64,000 nt of DNA, taken from NCBI GenBank assembly GCA_050010755.1, contig JBEKKK010000001.1, forward strand, positions 800,001 to 864,000, given 5' to 3'. Positions 20,014-28,969 of this stretch are shown one piece after another (within the stretch, counting starts at the first letter, position 1; each line of letters begins with the position of its first letter). Position numbers and translations under genes: made by a program. This stretch comes from Candidatus Bathyarchaeia archaeon. Lineage in GTDB: Archaea > Thermoproteota > Bathyarchaeia > Bathyarchaeales > Bathycorpusculaceae. The notes below the pieces were generated by a model that was given only the letters and a program-made list of their open reading frames with translations, was not told the DNA's origin and searched no databases.

Positions 20014-20068
20014 CGAGTTTCACCCTTTTGTTCTTTACCACAAAAAACCATGGAAGAATTAAATCTTT

Positions 20069-22666
20069 CTAAGAACAATCGAAGGGAACCAATATAGTGG
20101 GGCACGCGCTGATCTTTGCGGTTTTTATTTCATACTTGGAGATGGGTATTTCAATGGTATTTTCTTTGATGGATATTCTTGATGTCTCATTTTCCAGGAG
20201 GTCAGTTTCTTCAGCACTTTTTGGTGTCTCGGTTAAGCGGATGAGCGCCTTGGTGTTCTTGCTAGCGGTTTCGTAGAATCTTAGGATGATGTCGTCTGAG
20301 CGTTCAGCTTTCTTGACAACGGTTAAGATTATGTTCTCTGGTTCAGCTGAAATGAAAGAGAAAGTCTTCGGTAAGCGTCCCTCGTGACTGCGTTCCGTAA
20401 CTGGCAGCAGGGGATAGTTGAATTCGTAGGCTTTTCTGGCTGTCAGAGCCTCTTTGAAGTCGGAGCGGTGAGGGTACACGGCGTAGGCGATGTGGTGTTT
20501 TCCTTGATCTGTCAAGTCAGCTTGGGTTTTTTTGGGTATTGGAAGGCCGAAGGCTGCGCGCAGTTCGAACGGGTATGTGGCGCTTCTTAGCAGTGTCATT
20601 CTGATGGTGTCGTTTGCTGAGTCGAAACCGTATTTGCAATCGTTCAGGAGGCTTACTCCGTAGTCGTCTTCCTCGCTGCTGTGATCTATCCATTTTTGGC
20701 CGGGGACCTCGTATTTTGACCGTTCGGCGAGCGTTGCGTCTGGGGAGACTGGGTTTCGGCGTGTGATGAAGCCGTATGGGGCTTCGTACGTTGTGAAGTC
20801 GCTGTGGATGCTTAATGGAAAGGCTACTTTTGCCAGTCTGTGCTCTGCGTGCCAGTCGGCGTCAATTTTGAACTCAACCTGGGGGATTCTGTGGCATAGG
20901 ATGATCTCCTGATTGAACGTGGAGTCGGGTCTTCCTTCTTGCGTATATTTTTGTTTCACGAGAACTCGCGTTCTGACGGGTCCCTTCTCGAGAAGTTTCA
21001 CTTCGATTGGCCTGTTCAGTTCGACGTATTTGACGCCTTCGCTTTGCTGGTAGATGAACAGTTCCCAAGCGTCGAAGACCGCGGCGTCTATGCGAGAGTT
21101 GACGCATGTTCTTCCCCTCACTGGGGTGTCCTCGAAAACTTGGATTCGATTCCCCGAGGTCTGAAGGATCTCCTTGTGGCTTTTTCTGTCGAATATGCTG
21201 TTTACGAGTCCCGTGTGTTTGTCTATCGTAACGGTGAGGAACTCGTTTTCGAGTTTGAGCTGCTTGTCGGTTTCTTCAGTGCATAGGCTGGTCGAAGCCT
21301 GTCTTTTGGGAGAGCGAGGTTTGCGTGTTGGTTTTGCTTTGAATTCTTCGTAGCCGATGGGCGGCACGTTCTCAGCTGTGAAAATGAGCTTGTTGCCCTC
21401 TACTATTTGGGAAGGAACGGCTCGTCCTGTTTTATCATAGATTTCAACTTTGCCCGGCTCTTCCGTCGGTACTTCGACAATGCCGCTTCTCGGCCATGAC
21501 AAGGGGTTGAAGACCAGCATCGTTTTGCCTTCTCCTGTGGTGTCGATTTTGGCTGCTATCGTGCTTAAGGATTCGGTGATTATGCGATTCGTCGTGTCAA
21601 ATATCGTGTTGAAGTGTTCTTCGGAGTCTTTGTAGACTTCGGGGATGGAGGATCCTGGGAGGACGTCGTGGAACTGGTTTAGGAGGAGTTTCTGCCAGGC
21701 TTGTTCGAGTTGTTTGGTTGGATAGGTGTATCCGTATGTTCGGGCTATTGTGGAGAATTTTTCTGCTGTTTCTAGGAGGATTTCTGCTTTTCTGTTGTTC
21801 TTTTTGACTTTGGCTTGGGTTGTGTATGTTCCGCGGTGGAATTGGAAGTAGAGTTCGTCGTTGATTTGGGGGATTTTGTTTTTGTCGATTTTGTCGGTGA
21901 TGGTTTTCATGTACTGTTCTGCGGTTGAGAATTTGCCTTTTATGGGTTTGTTTCCTTGGATGAATTCTTGGGCTCTTTGGATCATGTCTTCGGTGACTCC
22001 GCCTCCGTGGTCTCCTTTTCCGAAGAGCATTAGGAGGTCGTGCAGGTTGTGGCGGGTGTTGAGTTGTTTCATCTGTTCGGTTATTCTGTTTTCTTGGATG
22101 GTTTCGTCGTATGTTCCGACGGTTTCGTGGGCGAGGATGGTTGAGCCGTCTGGGGCTGTCCAGTTGAAGATGTAGTGCGAGAAGACGGTGGTGTCGTTCC
22201 AGAGCATTTTCTGTGTTAGGAAGAACTGTATGCCGGCCTTTCTCATTATTTGGGGCAGTGTCCAGGCGTATCCGAAGGAGTCTGGGAACCAGGCGATTTT
22301 GACGTCGACGCCGAATTTTTTTTGGAAGTACGTTTTTCCATGTAGGAACTGTCTTACCAGGGATTCTCCGGAGGGCATGTTTGCGTCGGGTTCTATCCAG
22401 GTTCCGCCCACGATTTCCCAGCGTCCCTGTTTGACTTTTTTCTTGACTTTCCTGAAGGTTTCAGGGTGCGTTTCTTCTAGCCACTTGTAGTATTGGGCGC
22501 TGCTCTGACAGTAGCAGAAGCTCGGATGTTTCTCCATGAGGTTGAGGATGGTTTCGCAGGTTTCGTGGAACACTTTTCTGGTTTCGTCGAAAGACCATAA
22601 CCACGCAGCATCCAGATGACTGTGTCCCAAGAAGTAGCATGTCTCCCTGATGCTTTTTGAATCCAC
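20069..22666 (-). CDS. GH38 alpha-mannosidase
   Basis: GHSHLDAAWLW, DSFGY, GDHGGG, HRGTYT and QFHDVLPGS. Confidence 0.95.
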   Translation of the reverse strand: MDSKSIRETCYFLGHSHLDAAWLWSFDETRKVFHETCETILNLMEKHPSFCYCQSSAQYYKWLEETHPETFRKVKKKVKQGRWEIVGGTWIEPDANMPSGESLVRQFLHGKTYFQKKFGVDVKIAWFPDSFGYAWTLPQIMRKAGIQFFLTQKMLWNDTTVFSHYIFNWTAPDGSTILAHETVGTYDETIQENRITEQMKQLNTRHNLHDLLMLFGKGDHGGGVTEDMIQRAQEFIQGNKPIKGKFSTAEQYMKTITDKIDKNKIPQINDELYFQFHRGTYTTQAKVKKNNRKAEILLETAEKFSTIARTYGYTYPTKQLEQAWQKLLLNQFHDVLPGSSIPEVYKDSEEHFNTIFDTTNRIITESLSTIAAKIDTTGEGKTMLVFNPLSWPRSGIVEVPTEEPGKVEIYDKTGRAVPSQIVEGNKLIFTAENVPPIGYEEFKAKPTRKPRSPKRQASTSLCTEETDKQLKLENEFLTVTIDKHTGLVNSIFDRKSHKEILQTSGNRIQVFEDTPVRGRTCVNSRIDAAVFDAWELFIYQQSEGVKYVELNRPIEVKLLEKGPVRTRVLVKQKYTQEGRPDSTFNQEIILCHRIPQVEFKIDADWHAEHRLAKVAFPLSIHSDFTTYEAPYGFITRRNPVSPDATLAERSKYEVPGQKWIDHSSEEDDYGVSLLNDCKYGFDSANDTIRMTLLRSATYPFELRAAFGLPIPKKTQADLTDQGKHHIAYAVYPHRSDFKEALTARKAYEFNYPLLPVTERSHEGRLPKTFSFISAEPENIILTVVKKAERSDDIILRFYETASKNTKALIRLTETPKSAEETDLLENETSRISIKENTIEIPISKYEIKTAKISACPTILVPFDCS

Positions 22667-22807
22667 TTTTTTCCCTCAGTATCGCTTACGTGTGGGCAAT
22701 GAATATAAGCGCACGCATATCGGTCGGATCGAGCTTTTCCAAGCAGCAGCCCACGCATCAATGGGGACATTATGGAATTCGATGAAAGGTTATCACCACG
22801 GGCAATC

Positions 22808-23215
22808 GGCCCCTCCCTTTTTTTTCTTTACATCAGATGTAATGTTGTAATGTAATGTTGCCGTGTAAGTTTCCATGTTGCGTGCGCGGTGTTCCGAAAA
22901 CGAGTTAAAAATGGCACGCGCGTTAAGGTCGGCCTCTCTGTGCGGGTTTAGGTTTGAGTTCATGTTGGATGACGAGGTTTCAACGAATGAACGCCGGCCC
23001 CCTCCCTTTTTTTCTTTACGTCAGACGTAATGTTACAGCGTAATGTGTAAGCGTAAATTTCCATGTATCGTGCAGTCTTCCGAAAAGGGTTGGACTGGCA
23101 CGCGGGTTAAACTCGACCCCTCTGTGGGAGTTTAGGTTGAGTTCCTGTTGAGATTTCAACGGCCGAACGGCTGGCTCCTCCCTCTTTTCCGTTACGTCAG
23201 ACGTAATGTTGCAGC
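22808..23215 (+). repeat. Tandem ~180-bp non-coding repeat (two full units and one partial)
   Basis: Units open with CCTCCC and a T-tract, then the palindrome TTACRTCAGAYGTAA at 22828, 23016 and 23192 (spacing 188 and 176). Shared blocks are TTTCCATGT, TTCCGAAAA, GGCACGCG.GTTAA, TCTGTG, GTTTAGGTT and TTTCAACG. Confidence 0.9.
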
Positions 23216-23490
23216 GTAAACGGCGATGTTGTTAGCAATGCGTATTTTTGAAATGGTTGAAGATGGCCTTGGTTTTCTTCTGGTTGTTTGGCTTGTCGAT
23301 TTGAGGTTGGATGTTTCTGCTGTTGTGGTTTTCATCGGCCCTGGTTTTAGTGTAGAGGTAAGTGCGGTGTCTGGGAGATGAAGAGGAGAGTGGGTGTTTG
23401 AGAAGTGCTTTTGATGTTGGTGTTTAGTACAGTTAATTTTAAATAGTATAGCCGCAGTAGCGGAATTGTAAGTCATCTGGTGTAACACTG

Positions 23491-24183
23491 GTGCTGGTTG
23501 TCTCAAACATAGAGTTACCGACAAACTTGCACGCAATGAAGCCGACGGCGTTCCTGAGTTCGTCAATGAAAGATTTTACTCTCAACCTTAACAATGACTA
23601 TCGCTATTTGAAGACGGGCTATTATGTGTCTATGCACGCGGAGGTTTTGGGGAATCGTGTGATTCCTTCGAGTGAGAGCATAATTGCGGCCAGCAGGACG
23701 CCTATTTTGCTGCTTAAAGCTTCAAAAGCCGGTATTCCCACTGTGCCCTATTTGGTCACTGGATCTGTGCGGAGGATTATTTCGGAGTTTGGGTTTCCAC
23801 TGGTGGTTTTCGCGGTTAACCCGTTCTGCTATGACGGTTACAAAATTGCACACAACAGGAGCGCGCTGTACAGGGCTGTGAGAAGTCTGAGCATGAGTTA
23901 CAAGTTCGCGGTTTGTGCTCAGCCTCTTAAGGGTGAGATGTTGTCGTTTAAGTCGGTTTTCGGCAGGTGCGGGTTGGAGGGAGAGGTGGCGCGTGTTTCG
24001 AGAAGGGTTTACGAGGTGTTTAGGCTTCCGATTTGCAAGTTACACGTTCAGAAGGTTGGGGGGGAGGCTTTCCTGTGCGGGCTTCAGCCTTTGAGGATTG
24101 GGGAGGTTTTGCCCGAGGATTTGGAAATTGTGGGAGAAGAGGTTTCTCGCATGTCGAGAATGGGTGAACACTTGGTTGGCTAG
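23491..24183 (+). CDS. RimK-like ATP-grasp N-terminal (RLAN) domain protein
   Basis: NL..DYRYLKTGYYVS.HAE..G.RVIPS signature. Confidence 0.8.
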   Translation: MLVVSNIELPTNLHAMKPTAFLSSSMKDFTLNLNNDYRYLKTGYYVSMHAEVLGNRVIPSSESIIAASRTPILLLKASKAGIPTVPYLVTGSVRRIISEFGFPLVVFAVNPFCYDGYKIAHNRSALYRAVRSLSMSYKFAVCAQPLKGEMLSFKSVFGRCGLEGEVARVSRRVYEVFRLPICKLHVQKVGGEAFLCGLQPLRIGEVLPEDLEIVGEEVSRMSRMGEHLVG

Positions 24184-25054
24184 AATAGCCTGTTTCGTGG
24201 AGAAGTATAATTTTTCAGATCAGAGAGAAGCAACTGCCCTCCAGAACTTCCAGCGCACGGCGCAGAGTATGGGTCACGGGTTCGATTTTCTCTTCAGGGA
24301 AGGCATTCCTGAGATTCCACGGTATGACGCGGTGTTCATAAGGGCCACGACGGATCCGCTGTTCACTAGCTACGTTGTCTCTAAGACGGCGTGGGAGCTG
24401 GGCAAGAGGGTGATCGATGATCCGGAGTCGATACAGATTTGCGGCAACAAGATCCACCTTTACGATCTGTTCGAAAAGCACGATGTGCCCCACATTCCAA
24501 CGATGTTCCTTAACAAGGAGGATTTGCATCACAAGCGGCTTCTGGAAGTGTTTGAAACTCTCGGAAAACCCATCGTCGTCAAGGCGCCGTACACGAGTTT
24601 CTCAAAATACGTGGAGAAAGTCGCCTGTGAAACGAGTTTTCGCGACGTGGCCAAGAGATACTTCCGAAAGTCCGACATGCTGGCCGTCCAGACGTTCATG
24701 CCAACGGCCTTCGACTGGAGGGTCGGCGTCCTGAACCGCAAGACACTCTATGTGTGTAAGTACATGATTCCCAAGGGCAGATGGAAGCACGGGGCCAAGC
24801 GCCGGGGCAAACCCACCTTCGTCTGGGGAAGAACCGTCGCCCTCAAAACAGAGAACGCCCCGTCTAAATTGAAGGAAGTGGCGCTCAAGGCGTGCGACGT
24901 CATCGGACACGGACTCTACGGGGTCGATATAAAGGAAGTTAACGGCGACTACGTTGTGGTGGAAGTCAACGACAACCCCAGCATCTACGCCGGCTACGAG
25001 GACAGCCGAAACACTGATCTCTACGGAAAAATCATAGAATACCTGGTCGATTAG
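24176..25054 (+). CDS. RimK-family ATP-grasp ligase
   Basis: DAVFIRATT, KAP..SFS, FDWRVGVL, GLYGVDIK and EVNDNPSI. TTG start preceded by GGTGA and overlapping the upstream stop. Confidence 0.9.
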   Translation: MARIACFVEKYNFSDQREATALQNFQRTAQSMGHGFDFLFREGIPEIPRYDAVFIRATTDPLFTSYVVSKTAWELGKRVIDDPESIQICGNKIHLYDLFEKHDVPHIPTMFLNKEDLHHKRLLEVFETLGKPIVVKAPYTSFSKYVEKVACETSFRDVAKRYFRKSDMLAVQTFMPTAFDWRVGVLNRKTLYVCKYMIPKGRWKHGAKRRGKPTFVWGRTVALKTENAPSKLKEVALKACDVIGHGLYGVDIKEVNGDYVVVEVNDNPSIYAGYEDSRNTDLYGKIIEYLVD

Positions 25055-25065
25055 CCTTTTTTTAT
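25055..25065 (+). terminator. Oligo-T terminator
   Basis: CCTTTTTTTAT immediately after the ATP-grasp stop codon. Confidence 0.5.
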
Positions 25066-25149
25066 CATAGGGCCAGTTTGAACCTCAAACACTCAAATCG
25101 CGTCATAGCATTGTGTCTGCACAAGCTTGCGAAGACCAGGGTGCGATGG

Positions 25150-25341
25150 TTAAGCGCTCGCGAATCTTTTGCGGGTGCTCCTGTAGTAGAAACCGATTCC
25201 TAATGCCAAGACGATGAGAAGGATGATTGGGAACACGATGTTAAAGTATTTCGGCGCGACATCCAGAGTGACGCCGAACACAAAGGGGACGAGCAGTAGA
25301 GAAATCAGAATAACAGCAAGGATTTTTGACAACATTGGCAA
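25150..25341 (-). CDS. Small two-TM membrane protein
   Basis: Two hydrophobic segments and a basic tail (RSTRKR). Confidence 0.55.
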   Translation of the reverse strand: MPMLSKILAVILISLLLVPFVFGVTLDVAPKYFNIVFPIILLIVLALGIGFYYRSTRKRFASA

Positions 25342-25902
25342 AGTGTTCTTTTCTGGCTATGCAGAGTTCTTCTATTTTACCCTTTCCCGCAAGGAAAGAG
25401 AAATAAAAAATCTCGCTCCAGAACTGTTTTAATTTGAATCTCATTCTAGTCACGTCGTCCCGAACAAAACCTGCTACAATTCTAGAAGGAAATCATAATG
25501 CTATAGCGCTTTATTTCAGATATTTCGTCGATCACAAGAAGCTACCTTGCCCCACACTGCTTGCTTTTGTAGGCATATCCTTAAACATAGTCAGATACCA
25601 TCGGATTCGCGCCACATAACAGCGCGCGCTACACCAACGACGGACGCCACGACGGACGGCCAGACGGCGACCACGAACCACGACGACGGACGGTTAATGG
25701 GTAACCATGGGCTCCTAATGGAAGACCAAGGACTGTATACCCAATTTAGGATACACCTATATGGACATTAATGGAACAGGAAGGATACCATAGAAGTCTA
25801 CTATAGATAGATGTTATCGAAATCGAGTATACACTTCAGCGAGGAAAACACCGAAAGATTTATGCACTCAAAAGAACCATCTCTATTGAGAGTGCCTAAG
25901 TT

Positions 25903-27000
25903 ATGAAAAGAACAATTCTTGCTATATTGTTGATTCTTTTCGCATCAATCGCCGTCGTATACGTATCAAAAGGAAACTTTAGCTCGCCCACTGGCAAGAT
26001 ACAATCTGCCCCGCAAACCACAAGCAAGACCACAAGCGATCCGCAGCTTTCACCCTCATTGACGCTTCTTGGAGCCGGAGCGCAATGGGCTGCTTTCAAC
26101 GGCACCAATGCCCTTTACGTCGACTTTTACGATAACATAATGGCCTATCCCAACCCGAATGCTCAAAACTCCACCATCTTTCAACTGCAAAGGGCCGACG
26201 TTTCAGCCGCTCTCGAACAGTACGGGTTCAACATAACTTACTCCTCAGACATCCCGAGTAACCTGAGCGCATACAATGTCGTAGTAATCGACGCTTACTG
26301 GGCCTGTGAACCATCCAATGAACCTATCGTCCGCGGGTACATTTCTGGAGGCGGAGGCGTAGTCCTAATCGCAGGCGTTCCGATGTTGTTCTCAGTTGAC
26401 TGCAAGAGCTGGTGGACAGGCGGCGACCTAAGCCCTGTGCAAGACTGGTTTGGCGCTAGCTACTATCTTAACGCAGGAATGGAATCTGCGACCGTGATGG
26501 TAAACAGCCCGTTCGGTACTTCGCTGTCCGCTGGAAGCAGCCTAGGCCAGTACGACGCAGGCAGTTCTTACGCTGCCGTGGCAGGCCCGCTGAACGATTC
26601 CACGGTCATTGCACAATGGGCAGATGGAAGCATCTTCAGCATGACACACGAGTATGGTCAAGGACGCGTCTATTATCAAGCAAGCTACTCTGACAAGTTA
26701 CCGCCACAAATCACCGCAATTAACACATCTCCTTCACAACCAACTAGCAACGACACGGTGCAAATCGACGTCAGCACAAACGAACCCCAAATAGCAAGCG
26801 CTTCATTGACGCTTCAGTTCTCTTACACCGACAACTTCGGGCAGCTATGGAATACCAAAATGAACTACAATGAAACAAACAATGTCTGGCAAGTAATACT
26901 TCCTCAACAGCCAAGCGGCACAAACGTCCAGTTCTCCGTCACCGTCAGCGACAACAACGGAAACCAAGCGACGACGCAAGGCAACTACACAGTTTCCTAA
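25903..27000 (+). CDS. Secreted or anchored protein: GATase1/ThuA-like alpha/beta domain plus Ig-like domain
   Basis: Signal anchor; YISGGGGVVL..G and YGQGRVYY; beta-rich C-terminus; many N-x-S/T sequons. Paralog of 49144-50169. Confidence 0.75.
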   Translation: MKRTILAILLILFASIAVVYVSKGNFSSPTGKIQSAPQTTSKTTSDPQLSPSLTLLGAGAQWAAFNGTNALYVDFYDNIMAYPNPNAQNSTIFQLQRADVSAALEQYGFNITYSSDIPSNLSAYNVVVIDAYWACEPSNEPIVRGYISGGGGVVLIAGVPMLFSVDCKSWWTGGDLSPVQDWFGASYYLNAGMESATVMVNSPFGTSLSAGSSLGQYDAGSSYAAVAGPLNDSTVIAQWADGSIFSMTHEYGQGRVYYQASYSDKLPPQITAINTSPSQPTSNDTVQIDVSTNEPQIASASLTLQFSYTDNFGQLWNTKMNYNETNNVWQVILPQQPSGTNVQFSVTVSDNNGNQATTQGNYTVS

Positions 27001-27111
27001 GCGCGCGCGCCTCATTTTTGGTCGGACGTATGTTCTAAAAACACCGGTAAGACACGCTAAAAACCCGTATCCGCAAAAATACCTAACGCGCGCGCTAAAC
27101 CCCAAGCTGTT

Positions 27112-28491
27112 CTATTTCCATTCTTCGAGCGCTGTTTTCATATATTCTGCGGATTCCTCTTCGCAAGGCTTCTCAGCTCTGAGCAGGTCGGCGCCTTTCT
27201 TACGCTTCTCCAGCTCCATGTGGCCTTGGAAACCGAATGGAAAAAGCTGCGTGAACTCTTTCAGAAGCTTCCAGCCTTTCTCGTAGGCTTCAGCTGCCTT
27301 CAGCAGGTGCTTCGATTGTTTGCCCGGATGCTTTTTGGCTAAGCGTTTCAAGTAGGCGGCGCACATCTCTCTGCCTTCACAGTAGCAGACTCCAACGTAG
27401 CTGTTTCCCTGATAGTTCTGTTTGTCTTCTGGAAGCGTTTCAAGCACGTTTGCCCATTCGTCGAGTGCTTCTGGTCCGGCCACATAATTGCTGAGGACGG
27501 GGACTTTTGCGGATGCGAAGTCTATGGCTCTCTGTAAGGCTTCTTTGTCGGCGTCTTCGCTTCGGCGCTTGACCCTGTCACGGAAGAATATTGAATCGAG
27601 GCATCCCGGAGCTTTCAGGTCGTGGAACGGTACCAAATCTTCTGGCTGACCCATTAGGCTTCTATACGTGCTGACTATGTACGAGTTGCCTTCGTAGCCC
27701 TTGACTATTCCGTATTCGGGAATGACCAAGCCCCATAGAACCACGGGGTGGTTTTTCTCGTCCACTTCCTGTTTTATTTTCTCGAAGATTTTTCTTGTCT
27801 TCTCAATTTCCTTCGATGTCGGAGCCCCTTCTTTCTCAGGGTAATCGCCATCGAACGCAACAGTTTCCAGTGTCCAACCTAGATCTTCAGTCGCCTTGCG
27901 TATCTGCTTCCAAGTCTTGGCATGAAAAGCCGTTGGCCCAGACGGGCACGTCGCACCTTTGGCCACGTTTATCAGAAAAGCGTAGCCCGAAACTCCGCCA
28001 ACTTTCATAGTGTCGCAGTCGGTTCCCAACGCCCTCAAACAGCCGGCCACAGCCCCAGTGTAGGATATCCAGCAGGGCTGATACTCAACTTTCTTGCTGA
28101 TTACCTTCTTCACCAAATGTTTCACCTCCTTCAAACCCTCCGTGTAACGCCTTGCGAGCAGCTCCCGCATCGCCTCCTGTCTATGAACGGAACTCCTGTA
28201 CATTACAGCAACCGTCTTCAACAGTTCCCGCCCGTCGGTGGTCAAGCAGTATTCGCCTCTGCCTGACTTCTCGACGAGCTCCTCTTCGACCAGCAGTCTG
28301 AGGTGATTCGCCAGCGCTGTCTTAGAGAGCCTCGTCTGTTGCATCAAGCCTGAGAACTCGTGCTCCCCACGCAGAAGCAGGGTCATTATGTGTATTCGTG
28401 CAGGATGAGCCGCCAGCTTCAACAGCTCTGCTACGCTGCTGGTAGACTCCAGCAAGAGGTCATGAAGGGAGTTCTCCTCTGAACTGCTCAA
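27112..28491 (-). CDS. ArsR-type wHTH regulator fused to a large C-terminal domain (possibly BtrH/C39-like fold)
   Basis: AHPARIHI..LL, SKTALANHL..L and YCLT.DG; C-terminal GAVAGCL...GVSGYAF...PVVLWG..IPEYGIVKGY. Confidence 0.8.
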   Translation of the reverse strand: MSSSEENSLHDLLLESTSSVAELLKLAAHPARIHIMTLLLRGEHEFSGLMQQTRLSKTALANHLRLLVEEELVEKSGRGEYCLTTDGRELLKTVAVMYRSSVHRQEAMRELLARRYTEGLKEVKHLVKKVISKKVEYQPCWISYTGAVAGCLRALGTDCDTMKVGGVSGYAFLINVAKGATCPSGPTAFHAKTWKQIRKATEDLGWTLETVAFDGDYPEKEGAPTSKEIEKTRKIFEKIKQEVDEKNHPVVLWGLVIPEYGIVKGYEGNSYIVSTYRSLMGQPEDLVPFHDLKAPGCLDSIFFRDRVKRRSEDADKEALQRAIDFASAKVPVLSNYVAGPEALDEWANVLETLPEDKQNYQGNSYVGVCYCEGREMCAAYLKRLAKKHPGKQSKHLLKAAEAYEKGWKLLKEFTQLFPFGFQGHMELEKRKKGADLLRAEKPCEEESAEYMKTALEEWK

Positions 28492-28545
28492 TCTGCTACA
28501 CTTTCCGCATCAACTTAATGAAACAACATATAAAGTCTTTCTTTC

Positions 28546-28573
28546 TGTGAACTGAGTTCACATTTTTGTGAAC
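28546..28573. promoter_or_regulatory. Candidate operator: three TGTGAAC half-sites
   Basis: Perfect palindrome TGTGAACT-G-AGTTCACA overlapping GTTCACA-TTTT-TGTGAAC. It sits just upstream of a minus-strand TTTATA box (28527-28535) for the ArsR fusion gene. Confidence 0.65.
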
Positions 28574-28655
28574 AACTCTTATCTTACATTTACACGGTTG
28601 TCTGTGCACGCTTTTCTTTCAGCTCAGGTTCTCTTTTGGAAAAGAGAAAGTGAGG

Positions 28656-28730
28656 TGGGCCGGGCCGGACTTGAACCGGCGACCTTTGGCTCGTAAAGCC
28701 AATGTCCTAACCAAGCTAGACGACCGGCCC
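28656..28730 (-). tRNA. tRNA-Val (anticodon TAC), no intron
   Basis: Acceptor stem GGGCCGG/CCGGCCC-A, anticodon arm TTGGC-TTTACGA-GCCAA, T-loop GTTCAAGTC. Confidence 0.96.
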
Positions 28731-28969
28731 CTTGTTTTCAGATTCTAAGGCTAAATCTCTGGTTTCTGGGTCATTGGTTATTATGGTTTTGGTCTTTGGT
28801 TTCATTGACGTATTGATCAATGATGGCCCATTGAGTTCTGTCTGGGCCGAAGGTATTATTTGTTTCTTACAGAACGTTTTGACATGCTAGAAATTTAGTA
28901 TGCCCTCGGGAAAATCAAGCAGAATGGTAAACTTCACTTTAACATCGGAGAAGAATTGGATTCTAACGA

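Noticed and set aside
19166-20041. 291-aa alternative-frame ORF
   Set aside because: Overlaps htpX on the same strand; Arg-rich frame artefact.
22808-23215. CRISPR array or ORB-type replication origin
   Set aside because: Units are ~180 bp and homologous along their whole length, so there are no unique spacers. No cas genes, no clear ORB consensus and no orc1/cdc6 in the window.
23192-23566. 124-aa minus-strand ORF
   Set aside because: Low-complexity T/S/K product of compositional skew; overlaps the RLAN gene start and ends inside the repeat palindrome.
25547-25771. Graspetide (RiPP) precursor call
   Set aside because: The nearby ATP-grasp is RimK/RLAN type, not a recognisable graspetide synthetase, and the ORF has a weak start and no leader motif. 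Kept only as a low-interest repeat.
28656-28730. tRNA-Val as attachment site of an integrated element
   Set aside because: No duplicated tRNA 3' end seen, and no integrase in the window.
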